Part shown: in pieces, positions 55,567 to 64,000 of the stretch
Layout: every line of letters begins with the position of its first letter
Numbering within the stretch: the stretch's first letter is position 1
Source: a virus
Lineage: Duplodnaviria > Caudoviricetes
Strand: one strand, 5' to 3'
Length of the DNA: 64,000 nucleotides
Virus record (IMG/VR): IMGVR_UViG_3300042402_003952
The notes under the pieces: generated by a model
What the model saw: only the letters and a program-made list of their open reading frames with translations
What the model was told of the DNA's origin: nothing
Database searches by the model: none
Made by a program: the position numbers and the translations under genes

Positions 55567-55877
55567 TTGGTAACCTTGAACCAGAGGAGAACGTTATGAG
55601 CAATCCTGGAATGCTAGGACAATTTGCTATTGCTCTACAAGAACTTGGATGGGATAAAGACGATGATGTCTCAGTTGAAATTGGTGGAGTAGCGGTCACA
55701 GGAACTGCTACTAGTCCAAATGCAAACCCAAAATGGGCAAAACCATTTGGAACAGTGTCCTATCAAAACGATGCCTTCATCGTAATTAAAAACAAATCAA
55801 GGAATCCAGTTGTTCCTTCACAACCAAATCCTGAACTCAAACAACAACACCCTTATAATGGAACACTCTCTAGTTGA
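55563..55877 (+). CDS. Conserved hypothetical protein
   Basis: [23 protein letters not shown]; GTGA overlap. Confidence 0.6.
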   Translation: MIGNLEPEENVMSNPGMLGQFAIALQELGWDKDDDVSVEIGGVAVTGTATSPNANPKWAKPFGTVSYQNDAFIVIKNKSRNPVVPSQPNPELKQQHPYNGTLSS

Positions 55878-56043
55878 ATTGCTGACTTACTATGTGATTG
55901 TTGCTGCTCTCTTTATTGGAGCACCAGCAGTATTCTTCACAATTGTCTTTATGCCTGCACTTATGAATACTAAGGGTGCAGTTGTTGGTTACAAAATTCA
56001 CCGTGATTATGGTGAAACATCTATCTATTCTAAAGTAAACTAA
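55858..56043 (+). CDS. Small membrane protein
   Basis: Hydrophobic helix YYVIVAALFIGAPAVFFTIVFM. Confidence 0.6.
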   Translation: MEHSLVELLTYYVIVAALFIGAPAVFFTIVFMPALMNTKGAVVGYKIHRDYGETSIYSKVN

Positions 56044-56055
56044 AGGAGAAAAACA

Positions 56056-56163
56056 ATGAACGAACGCGCAGAACGTATTAATGGTTGGGCAGCAATGATC
56101 GGTATTGTTGCCGCAATGGGTTCCTATGCCCTCACCGGACAGATTATTCCGGGTATTTGGTGA
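56056..56163 (+). CDS. hli: High-light-inducible protein (35 aa)
   Basis: Hand translation MNERAERINGWAAMIGIVAAMGSYALTGQIIPGIW; SD AAGGAG. Confidence 0.92.
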   Translation: MNERAERINGWAAMIGIVAAMGSYALTGQIIPGIW

Positions 56164-56212
56164 ATTGATGTTTAATATTTTTAAGAAAAAGAAAAATATT
56201 ATGGAGGTTAAA

Positions 56213-56740
56213 ATGCGTAAAGAACAATATGAAGTTCCCCAAGTTGAATTTGTATTTCGTGAGAATGGGGAATTTGTAACTCGTACTACTTCAGAACTCT
56301 TCGATGGAAAGCGTGTGGTCTTGTTTAGTCTGCCTGGTGCTTTCACTCCTACTTGCAGTGCCTATCAGCTTCCTGGATTCGAAGAGAGATACGACGACTT
56401 TATTGGTAGTGGCATCGACGCTATTTACTGCATCTCTGTTAATGATGGGTTTGTAATGAATGCTTGGCAACAAGATCAGAACATCAAGAATGTACAACTC
56501 ATTCCAGACGGCAATGCATATTTCACACGTTCTATGGGTATGCTCGTCAATAAGTCTAACCTTGGTTTCGGTGATCGCTCTTGGCGTTATGCTATGGTCG
56601 TGGATAACGGAATCATTGAAAAACTATTCGTTGAGGCAGGTCAGCGAGACAATGCAGACAGTGACCCTTACGAAGCAACTACTCCAGAGAATGTTCTGGA
56701 CTATGTAAAATCTACAGTGCGAGAAACTGCAACTGTTTGA
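56213..56740 (+). CDS. Peroxiredoxin (type II / Prx5-like)
   Basis: LPGAFTPTCS, SVNDGFVMNAW, DGN..FT..MG, RSWRY. Confidence 0.92.
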   Translation: MRKEQYEVPQVEFVFRENGEFVTRTTSELFDGKRVVLFSLPGAFTPTCSAYQLPGFEERYDDFIGSGIDAIYCISVNDGFVMNAWQQDQNIKNVQLIPDGNAYFTRSMGMLVNKSNLGFGDRSWRYAMVVDNGIIEKLFVEAGQRDNADSDPYEATTPENVLDYVKSTVRETATV

Positions 56741-56805
56741 AGAATACTCAAAGCGCCCCAAAAGGGCGCTTTTTTAATAAATAGAATATCGAATGGATAA
56801 GGACA

Positions 56806-57495
56806 ATGAGAGTAGATCTTCATAACTTTTTTCAGTATTATGATCCAAAGAATCCTAAACATGTTGCAGCAGTCGAACAACTAGAAGTTGACTTAAAGGA
56901 TTCTCCTCTACTTGACGATAGTTCTAATTGGGTCAAAATTTATAGAACAAAACCAACTGTTCCGGGAGTCCTACCCGTTCCTTTTTATCCACAGACAGAT
57001 AATTATAGAGATGCGCAAAGAACCTGCAATTCATCTGCTTGTGCAATGTGCCTAGAGTATTTCAAACCAGGCACTCTCCAAGGAGCAAAGGGTGATGATA
57101 CCTATATTCAAAAAGTATTTGCAATTGGTGATACAACTGATCACACCGTACAGACAAAAGTTCTGGAAGGTTATGGTATTAAGTCACGATTTAGTTACAA
57201 TCTTGGGTTTGCTGATCTTGATCGTGAGTTATCCGCTGGGAGACCTGTTGTTATTGGTATCCTTCACAGGGGCACTCTATCTGCACCTACTGGTGGGCAC
57301 ATGGTTGTAGTGATTGGGAAGAGAGGTGAGGATTATGTTGTGAACGATCCTTACGGTTCTCTGAATGATGGATATACTGGACCAGTCACAAACGGTAAAG
57401 GTGCGGTGTATAAGAAATCTGATCTGAACTTCCGTTGGTTAGAAAAAGGTAAAGATAAGACTGGTTGGGGGCGTATTTTTGACGCAAAAAAGTAG
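56806..57495 (+). CDS. C39-like cysteine peptidase (0-frame product of lysis gene)
   Basis: RTCNSSACAM (Cys), GGHMVVVIG (His), VNDPYG (Asp). Confidence 0.85.
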   Translation: MRVDLHNFFQYYDPKNPKHVAAVEQLEVDLKDSPLLDDSSNWVKIYRTKPTVPGVLPVPFYPQTDNYRDAQRTCNSSACAMCLEYFKPGTLQGAKGDDTYIQKVFAIGDTTDHTVQTKVLEGYGIKSRFSYNLGFADLDRELSAGRPVVIGILHRGTLSAPTGGHMVVVIGKRGEDYVVNDPYGSLNDGYTGPVTNGKGAVYKKSDLNFRWLEKGKDKTGWGRIFDAKK

Positions 57496-57551
57496 AAAGT
57501 TCTACTCCTGATTCGAGTAAAAGTGATATATCCATAAAAGGAGTAGAACTT
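57486..57551 (+). promoter_or_regulatory. Programmed -1 ribosomal frameshift signal
   Basis: A_AAA_AAG at 57486-57492, stop TAG, then 13-bp stem AAGTTCTACTCCT (57497-57509) / AGGAGTAGAACTT (57539-57551). Confidence 0.85.
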
Positions 57552-57986
57552 ATAAAAGAATTTGAAGGATGTCACTTAAATGCTTATCCAGACCCTTTAA
57601 CAAAAGGACCACCGATTACAATTGGTTGGGGAAGCACTAGAGACTTTGACGGAACGCCATTTAAAATAGGTAGAGTGATTACTCAAAAGTATGCAGACAC
57701 TCTACTTGAGTTTGATTTAAAGAATAGATTTTTACCATCACTTCAAAGAATACCTTACTGGAATGAAATGAATGAAAATCAACAAGGAGCTCTTCTATCT
57801 TTTGCTTATAATCTTGGTGCTGGTTTTTACGGGTCTTCCAATTTTAATACCATAACCAGAGTTCTTAAGAATAAAGAGTGGTCTAAAGTTCCTGATGCTT
57901 TATATCTTTACCGCAATCCTGGAACAAGTGTGGAAGCGGGTTTGAAAAGAAGAAGAGTTGCAGAAGGTAAACTCTGGTCTTCTTAA
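57486..57986 (+). CDS. GH24-like lysozyme domain in -1 frame, no own start codon before the catalytic motif
   Basis: Hand translation KKVESSTPDSSKSDISIKGVELIKEFEGCHLNAYPDPLTKGPPITIGWGST...SFAYNLG...GLKRRRVAEGKLW. Confidence 0.85.
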   Translation, partial: KKVESSTPDSSKSDISIKGVELIKEFEGCHLNAYPDPLTKGPPITIGWGSTRDFDGTPFKIGRVITQKYADTLLEFDLKNRFLPSLQRIPYWNEMNENQQGALLSFAYNLGAGFYGSSNFNTITRVLKNKEWSKVPDALYLYRNPGTSVEAGLKRRRVAEGKLWSS

Positions 57987-58219
57987 TCATCCATCTTTGC
58001 TTTTAATCCAAGCAACGCAGTAAACAAAGTAAACAACGCACTATATCCTTTGTCTATAGAGTTTTCGCACTTTATAGATGGGGGATTTTTTAATTCTCCT
58101 TTTGCATTGGCACTTTCAATAGATCCAGGGATCATAAAGTTGCAGTTGGTAAATGTAATACCAACATACCCTACAGTGCAAACTACAATAATAATGATTA
58201 ATTTGTCTAGTATTTTCAT
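57983..58219 (-). CDS. Small membrane protein convergent on lysis gene
   Basis: Two hydrophobic segments; overlap with neighbour. Confidence 0.55.
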   Translation of the reverse strand: MKILDKLIIIIVVCTVGYVGITFTNCNFMIPGSIESANAKGELKNPPSIKCENSIDKGYSALFTLFTALLGLKAKMDD

Positions 58220-58407
58220 CTTCCTTCTTGTTTATGAATCCAAGTTTTTAACTCATGTAAATATTGCCTGAGTTGATCTGCTTTCTGAAGATGCCACAAA
58301 TCACCACTCTTGAAATACTCTTGAGTGTGATTGTCTATTGCTTTTAAAATATTATGGATGGGAGCGTTCCAAGGTTCACGCTTTGGTGTATTCCACTCTC
58401 GTGGCAT
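58216..58407 (-). CDS. Small hypothetical protein
   Basis: MPREWNTPKREPWNAPIHNILKAIDNH. Confidence 0.65.
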   Translation of the reverse strand: MPREWNTPKREPWNAPIHNILKAIDNHTQEYFKSGDLWHLQKADQLRQYLHELKTWIHKQEGR

Positions 58408-58413
58408 ATGCCC

Positions 58414-58527
58414 TCACTTTTTCTTGCCACCGTTTTTTGCTTTTTTCGCAGTTGCATTGCCTTGATTTTGCTTGGGTTGCTTGCCACCAGCAGAACCCTT
58501 CTTACCTTTGTTTGCAGACTTTGCCAC
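58414..58527 (-). CDS. 37-aa Lys/Gly-rich basic peptide (GTG start)
   Basis: Hand translation MAKSANKGKKGSAGGKQPKQNQGNATAKKAKNGGKKK. Confidence 0.55.
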   Translation of the reverse strand: MAKSANKGKKGSAGGKQPKQNQGNATAKKAKNGGKKK

Positions 58528-58606
58528 TGCACCGTCCCAGATGATACAATGATATTTAGGGAAAACGGTTCTTATTTATACTGTGCCACCTGAGCAATTG
58601 GACCTA

Positions 58607-58656
58607 TTGACAGCGTTTCCTAACGGTGCTATGATAAATAGGTAAACAAATGTTAC
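58607..58656 (+). promoter_or_regulatory. psbA sigma70 promoter with HLR1-like direct repeat
   Basis: TTGACA-17-TATGAT; minus strand GTAACATT-TG-TTTACCTA. Confidence 0.6.
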
Positions 58657-58682
58657 GAGTCTCTCATAACTCTTAACATTGT

Positions 58683-58765
58683 TAAACACCCATTAACCGA
58701 GACCTATGGGGTGTATAAATTACGTCTCTCATATCTTCTCTAGGGGTGAGAAGAAATATTGAACC
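58683..58765 (+). ncRNA. PhotoRC-II-like RNA motif in psbA leader
   Basis: ACACCCAU/AUGGGGUGU and GAGAC/GUCUC pairings; position upstream of psbA; identity recalled, not searched. Confidence 0.6.
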
Positions 58766-58806
58766 CTGTTCGTCCCCACGAACTCTTACTTAACCCTTTT
58801 TCAAAT

Positions 58807-61180
58807 ATGACTGCTTCAATCGCTTCACGCCGTTCTGGCGAAAACCTCTGGGAACAATTCTGTTCCTGGGTAACTTCAACCGATAATAGACTGTATGTTG
58901 GTTGGTTCGGAGTCCTTATGATTCCTTGCCTTCTTGCTGCTACAACTTGTTTTATTATCGCTTTCATCGGTGCTCCCCCTGTAGACATAGACGGTATCCG
59001 TGAACCCGTTGCTGGTTCACTAATGTATGGAAACAACATCATCTCTGGTGCTGTTATTCCAAGTTCTAATGCCATTGGATTGCATTTTTACAGCATCTGG
59101 GATGCTGCTTCTCTTGATGAGTGGCTTTATAAATAATATTGGGTCACTTTAAATCGGGTGAACTGCTGGAAAGCTAAGTTCTTTATGAAACACAAACATC
59201 ACCTTACTCCAAAATATCTTGGTGGTTCTAACGAATCCCAAAATCTTGTAGAAGTTTCTACAACTCAACACGCTATGTTTCATTATTGTAACTGGCGTCT
59301 TTGGGGAAACGAAGAAGATAAGATTGCTTGGAAAGCACTTGCAGGATACTCTAAAAAAGAGGAAATAATTCATCAAGTTATTTCTCTTGCAGGTAAAAGA
59401 GGTGGTAAGGTTGCAAAAGAAAGCGGACAACTTCGGTCTGCTGCTCTTAAACAACCAAGAAGTGTAAGGCAAAAGATTGGTAAAAATCTTATCAACTATG
59501 CCTACAAAAATCCAAAGAATGCAACACAAGAAACTCTTACTAATAGAAAATACAGTAAAGTATTTCACATTTATGAAAAACTAACTGAAAGGACTATTGG
59601 TAATCATCTTGGGGATGTAGTTTTTAATCCAGAAGAAGATAAAACACTCAAAACTGTTTGTTCTATTATTCTGGAAAAATATGGGGTAAAAGTTTATCCT
59701 TCACATCTTAATAGTGTTGCTAATGGAAATAGACTTTTAACAAGTGGTATTTCTTGTAGTTGGATTTTAGAGAATATGCCAATCAGCATCCAAGCCACAG
59801 ACGATACTTCTGTGGAAGGTTCAGAGACTACTGGGTTCAACAAGCGTGTTGAGTAATACCAGATTAGCGCCCGACATCTTATAAAAAATAAGATGAAGAT
59901 ATAGTCCAGTCCATATGGAAACATATGGTTCCCCCGACTGCTATAATGGGGGTCCTTTCCAACTTGTTGTCTTCCACTTCCTCATCGGCATCTACTGCTA
60001 TATGGGTCGTGAATGGGAACTCTCTTACCGTCTAGGTATGCGCCCTTGGATTATGGTTGCTTATAGCGCACCTGTTGCTGCTGCGAGTGCTGTATTCCTG
60101 GTCTATCCTTTCGGTCAAGGTTCTTTCTCTGATGCGATGCCTCTTGGTATCTCTGGTACATTCAACTACATGCTTGTATTCCAGGCAGAGCACAACATCC
60201 TGATGCACCCCTTCCACATGCTTGGAGTTGCTGGTGTCTTCGGTGGTTCTCTTTTCTCTGCTATGCACGGATCTCTTGTCACCTCTAGTCTTGTACGTGA
60301 GACTACAGAAAATGAGTCACAGAACTACGGATACAAGTTCGGACAAGAAGAAGAAACCTACAACATTGTAGCTGCTCATGGTTATTTTGGTCGCCTTATC
60401 TTCCAATATGCTTCCTTCAATAACTCACGTTCACTTCACTTCTTCCTTGCTGCTTGGCCCGTTGTAGGCATCTGGTTCACTGCTCTTGGTGTTTCTACAA
60501 TGGCTTTTAACCTCAATCGTCGGGGTCCCGTCTTAGCAATTTGACGGTAAACATCGGGTGAACTGCTGGAAGCCCTCCATAAATGGGTAATCAGCATCCA
60601 AGTCCAAAGTACACTTTGGAAAGGTTCAGAGACTACCTGAGGAGTTCAGTCTCCTTAATAACAGGAATAAGTGCCCGACATCCTAAATGGATGAAGATAT
60701 AGTCCACTCCTTAAAGATGGTAAATTTAAGGGTTCAGTGCAACGGTTTTAATTTCAATCAGTCCATCATTGACTCACAAGGTCGTGTCCTTAATACTTGG
60801 GCAGATGTACTGAATCGTGCAGGTCTCGGAATGGAGGTCATGCATGAACGGAACGCTAGATTTGTTGGTGTTCTTGCTTAGGAATAAGCATTAGTAAAAT
60901 CGGGTTAAACGGGGAAACTCTCTATGAGACAATCCCGTACCAAGTCAGAAAGGGTTTAAGTTTTCTGAAAGGTCTAACGACTAGATGGTGAGTCCCAACA
61001 ATAATCCATCCACGAATGCCCGACATCCAGAACGGATGAAGAGATAGTCTGAACTTACTAGTGATAGTAAGAAGTAGAGGATAAAGAACCACTACGATAA
61101 CAAAATTGCACAACTTCCCACTTGACCTTGCCGCAGCAGAAGCAACACCAGTTGCTCTTACTGCTCCCGCAATCGGTTGA
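58807..61180 (+). CDS. psbA: Photosystem II D1, four exons: 58807-59126, 59941-60513, 60740-60857, 61109-61180 (1083 nt, 360 aa)
   Basis: Joined exons restore [39 protein letters not shown] in one frame. Confidence 0.95.
59127..59940 (+). mobile_element. Group I intron 1 in psbA (814 nt) with HNH ORF
   Basis: P1 GAGUGGCU/GGUCACUU with U.G, terminal G, UCAGAGACUA and AAGAUAUAGUCC core. Confidence 0.92.
59185..59856 (+). CDS. Intron-encoded HNH homing endonuclease
   Basis: [29 protein letters not shown]; TATAAATA at 59128; 3' end overlaps intron core. Confidence 0.85.
   Translation: MKHKHHLTPKYLGGSNESQNLVEVSTTQHAMFHYCNWRLWGNEEDKIAWKALAGYSKKEEIIHQVISLAGKRGGKVAKESGQLRSAALKQPRSVRQKIGKNLINYAYKNPKNATQETLTNRKYSKVFHIYEKLTERTIGNHLGDVVFNPEEDKTLKTVCSIILEKYGVKVYPSHLNSVANGNRLLTSGISCSWILENMPISIQATDDTSVEGSETTGFNKRVE
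60514..60739 (+). mobile_element. Group I intron 2 in psbA (226 nt, no ORF)
   Basis: Exon ends in U, intron ends in G; core shares AUCGGGUGAACUGCUGGAA, AAUCAGCAUCCAAG, UCAGAGACUA, AAGAUAUAGUCC with intron 1. Confidence 0.92.
60858..61108 (+). mobile_element. Group I intron 3 in psbA (251 nt, no ORF)
   Basis: P1 GGAACGCU/GGUGUUCU, terminal G, AACGACUA and AAGAGAUAGUC core. Confidence 0.92.
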
Positions 61181-61186
61181 TATAAT

Positions 61187-61215
61187 GAGAGACCCTTTAC
61201 GGGTCTCTTTTTTTA
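61187..61215 (+). terminator. Intrinsic terminator after psbA
   Basis: GAGACCC-ttta-c-GGGTCTC plus T run. Confidence 0.8.
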
Positions 61216-61267
61216 TGCTATAATGGAGTTTAAGATTTTATAAATAGTTAAAAGATTAAACACCATA

Positions 61268-61789
61268 ATGAGAACCACGAAGATTTGTAGAACCTGCACA
61301 CAAGAACTTCCTATCTCTGATTTTAGAGAAGGTCGTAGAAGATGTATTAGGTGTGAAGAAAAAACCTATGCAGAAAATTGGGCAAGTAAAACTCACATTA
61401 CTTGCAACAAGTGTGGTTTAGAAAAACTTATTTCTGAATATTATAAAGGTCATAAGAGGTGTAAGGATTGTTACAGTAAAGACTATAAAGACAAAAAACC
61501 TTCTTATGATGATAAGAAAGACTATATGTTAAAGTATACTTATGGGCAGGATTTTGGATTAACTGAATATCAAAATCTTTTGCAGGAACAGAATGAAGTA
61601 TGTGCTATTTGTTTAAATCCAAATACTAATGGTAGGAAGGATAGTAATAATCTTTATGTAGACCACGATCATAATACTGGAAAGGTTCGTGGATTGTTGT
61701 GTAGTAACTGCAATAGAATGCTTGGACTAGTAGGAGATAATATCGGCACACTAACTAATGCAGTTAAATACTTACAAAAGCACCAATAA
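61268..61789 (+). CDS. Endonuclease VII-family free-standing homing endonuclease (F-CphI-like)
   Basis: CAIC...LYVDHDHNTGKVRGLLCSNCNRMLG; N-terminal CxxC pairs; between psbA and psbD; TATAAATA upstream. Confidence 0.85.
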   Translation: MRTTKICRTCTQELPISDFREGRRRCIRCEEKTYAENWASKTHITCNKCGLEKLISEYYKGHKRCKDCYSKDYKDKKPSYDDKKDYMLKYTYGQDFGLTEYQNLLQEQNEVCAICLNPNTNGRKDSNNLYVDHDHNTGKVRGLLCSNCNRMLGLVGDNIGTLTNAVKYLQKHQ

Positions 61790-61790
61790 T

Positions 61791-61913
61791 ATGTCTCATA
61801 ATAATCAACATCATCCTATGGAACCCTGGGTCATTTGGGCAGGTGTAGCTATGATGGTATTCACAGTTCTTGTGTTTGTTTTATTCACTCTTGGGCAGAT
61901 TTATTGGGGATGA
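61791..61913 (+). CDS. 40-aa membrane peptide
   Basis: Hand translation MSHNNQHHPMEPWVIWAGVAMMVFTVLVFVLFTLGQIYWG. Confidence 0.6.
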   Translation: MSHNNQHHPMEPWVIWAGVAMMVFTVLVFVLFTLGQIYWG

Positions 61914-61980
61914 GAATTAATACTCATTGACCTCTTTGTTAACATATGTTAACATAAATATGAGAAATCACTAGGAGGTT

Positions 61981-63042
61981 ATGACTTCTTCAACACTTTC
62001 GCAACCTATTTCACAACGAGGATGGTTTGATGTCCTGGATGACTGGCTTAAACGAGATCGCTTTGTATTTGTGGGTTGGTCTGGACTATTACTTTTTCCC
62101 ACTGCTTATCTTGCTCTTGGTGGTTGGCTTACTGGGACGACTTTCGTTACGAGTTGGTATACTCACGGGTTGGCAAGTTCCTATCTTGAGGGTGCAAACT
62201 TTCTTACTGCAGCAGTTAGTACTCCAGCAGATGCTATGGGTCATTCTCTTCTTCTACTTTGGGGTCCTGAGTCTCAAGGGGATATCATCAGGTGGTTCCA
62301 ACTTGGGGGACTCTGGACTTTTGTGGCGCTCCACGGATCTTTCGCTCTGATTGGATTTATGCTTCGCCAGTTTGAGATTGCACGACTGGTCGGTATTCGT
62401 CCTTATAACGCAATCGCATTCTCTGGTCCTATTGCAGTATTCGTTTCTGTATTCCTTATGTATCCACTGGGACAATCCAGTTGGTTCTTTGCACCATCTT
62501 TTGGTGTTGCTGCTATCTTCAGGTTCCTTCTGTTTCTGCAAGGTTTCCACAACTGGACCCTCAACCCTTTTCATATGATGGGAGTTGCTGGTATACTAGG
62601 AGGTGCTCTGCTATGTGCTATTCATGGTGCAACGGTTGAAAACACCCTCTACGAAGACGGAGACAAAGCAAACACTTTCAAAGGTTTTGAACCCACCCAA
62701 GAAGAAGAAACTTATTCAATGGTTACAGCGAATAGGTACTGGTCTCAAATTTTTGGTATCGCTTTTAGTAATAAGCGTTGGCTCCATTTCTTTATGTTGT
62801 TTGTACCTGTTATGGGTCTCTGGACATCTAGTATTGGAATTATTGGACTCGCTCTTAACCTTAGAGCATACGATTTCGTATCACAGGAAGTTCGTGCAGC
62901 AGAAGATCCAGAGTTTGAGACTTTCTACACAAAAAACATCCTTCTAAATGAAGGACTACGTGCTTGGATGGCACCAGTAGACCAACCTCATGAGAACTTT
63001 GTATTTCCAGAAGAAGTTCTCCCTCGCGGAAATGCCCTTTAA
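61981..63042 (+). CDS. psbD: Photosystem II D2
   Basis: [37 protein letters not shown]. Confidence 0.98.
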   Translation: MTSSTLSQPISQRGWFDVLDDWLKRDRFVFVGWSGLLLFPTAYLALGGWLTGTTFVTSWYTHGLASSYLEGANFLTAAVSTPADAMGHSLLLLWGPESQGDIIRWFQLGGLWTFVALHGSFALIGFMLRQFEIARLVGIRPYNAIAFSGPIAVFVSVFLMYPLGQSSWFFAPSFGVAAIFRFLLFLQGFHNWTLNPFHMMGVAGILGGALLCAIHGATVENTLYEDGDKANTFKGFEPTQEEETYSMVTANRYWSQIFGIAFSNKRWLHFFMLFVPVMGLWTSSIGIIGLALNLRAYDFVSQEVRAAEDPEFETFYTKNILLNEGLRAWMAPVDQPHENFVFPEEVLPRGNAL

Positions 63043-63187
63043 AAATAAATAGAGGAGTTCCACAAGAACTCCTTTTTTTATGCTTCTTATACTTACACTA
63101 TTCATAGCATTCGGTTTCTTTATGTTTATAATGTCTGTAATACAAGACATTTAATATTCCTACATAAAGATGTGTTGCTTTTTAAGA

Positions 63188-63349
63188 ATGAAAACTTTAA
63201 CACTTACTGAAAATCAAATTAAACTCTTGGCAGATGCTGTATGGGTGCGCCAGCGTCGTTTTATTGCAGGAGATAAAAGATTCAAAGAATATGGAGAAAT
63301 ATTAAATAATATTCTTGAAGATATGGAATATACTCCATCAAGATTTTGA
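63188..63349 (+). CDS. 53-aa hypothetical protein
   Basis: Hand translation MKTLTLTENQIKLLADAVWVRQRRFIAGDKRFKEYG. Confidence 0.55.
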   Translation: MKTLTLTENQIKLLADAVWVRQRRFIAGDKRFKEYGEILNNILEDMEYTPSRF

Positions 63350-63470
63350 TTATGAATACTGATGGAATATATTGTTTGGAAAAAATATTAAAATAATATC
63401 TTCAATTCATAACAAAATCTAACACATTAACAAGAACTCATTATAATTAGAAATGAGTTCTTGCTTTTTT

Positions 63471-64000
63471 ATGAAGATCTTTTTAGACACAGCAGATGTT
63501 TCAATGATTAGTTCAGCATATGACACTGGACTATTGGATGGAGTCACTACAAATCCCACTTTAATTCTTAAAAGTGGCAGACAACTATTAGAAGTTATTG
63601 AAGAAATAACAAAGTCTTTTTCAAAACTAGAAAGTATTTCAGCAGAGGTTGTTGCTGATACTGCAGAAGAAATGCTTTCACGAGCACATCAATATTACAC
63701 AATCGCACCTGCAGTCACCATTAAGGTTCCCTGCACGGTAGAAGGACTTAAGGCTTGTAAGTTTCTTTCCGATAAAGGAATTCAAGTCAATGTAACCCTT
63801 GTGTTTTCTGTAGCACAGGCAATTCTTGCATCCAAAGCAGGTGCAACATTCATCTCACCATTCGTTGGTCGTTGGATGGACAATTCTATTGATGGAATTG
63901 AACTCATCAAGAACATCCGTAAGGCATTTGATTACTCAGGAACATCTACACAAATTCTTGCAGCATCTCTTCGTGATGTGAGGCAAGTAGAACAATCTGC
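63471..64000 (+). CDS. talC: Transaldolase (TalC/FSA family), 3' truncated
   Basis: Hand translation MKIFLDTAD...DGVTTNPTLI, TIKVPCTVEGL, VNVTLVFS..QA, ISPFVGR, ILAASLR. Confidence 0.95.
   Translation, partial: MKIFLDTADVSMISSAYDTGLLDGVTTNPTLILKSGRQLLEVIEEITKSFSKLESISAEVVADTAEEMLSRAHQYYTIAPAVTIKVPCTVEGLKACKFLSDKGIQVNVTLVFSVAQAILASKAGATFISPFVGRWMDNSIDGIELIKNIRKAFDYSGTSTQILAASLRDVRQVEQS

Noticed and set aside
57493-57536. Amber readthrough or TAG recoding to reach the lysozyme
   Set aside because: The 0 frame meets TAA 14 codons later, the lysozyme is in the -1 frame, and no CUA-anticodon tRNA was found
57675-57986. 103-aa lysozyme starting at GTG
   Set aside because: Omits the catalytic Glu motif located upstream in the same frame
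58344-58532. 62-aa minus-strand ORF from the track
   Set aside because: A different frame (58414..58527) gives a coherent Lys-rich peptide that abuts the next gene
59915-60544. 209-aa ORF (and 58759..59136, 60687..60881) as separate genes
   Set aside because: They are psbA exons read into intron sequence; splicing gives one D1
1-64000. CRISPR array, reverse transcriptase (retron/DGR), integrase or transposase
   Set aside because: No regularly spaced repeats and no YxDD, tyrosine-recombinase or DDE motifs were recognised

Overview
64 kb from a T4-like (myovirus) cyanophage, almost all on the + strand. The host is probably a Synechococcus/Cyanobium-type picocyanobacterium (inference from psbA/psbD/hli/petF/talC, an SLH porin and a permuted tmRNA). 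Order: replication core (gp46 end, vWA/MoxR-CobS pair, gp45, gp44, dam, gp62, regA, hsp20, gp43, uvsX, gp41, mazG); putative head-cargo proteins; gp61 primase; nrdAB; a 5 kb array of 22 tRNA genes plus one tRNA-like element; a ~12 kb glycan-modification cluster; porin; photosynthesis/redox genes; a lysis module; psbA interrupted by three group I introns; psbD; start of talC. About ten homing-endonuclease-like genes are scattered through it. Best non-obvious signals: (1) a compact two-piece (circularly permuted) tmRNA in the tRNA array, with tag LNNIVSFRRTAVAV and, in the same array, a Phd/YefM-like orphan antitoxin; (2) a -1 frameshift signal (A_AAA_AAG plus 13-bp stem) that appears to be the only way to make the full lysozyme, as a C39-peptidase/lysozyme fusion; (3) late-promoter genes with near-identical acidic flanks and swappable basic cores, resembling capsid-packaged cargo cassettes; (4) a homing endonuclease beside a replaced primase C-terminus, with the original 3' end left coupled to nrdA. 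All calls are from manual motif reading; no database search was run.
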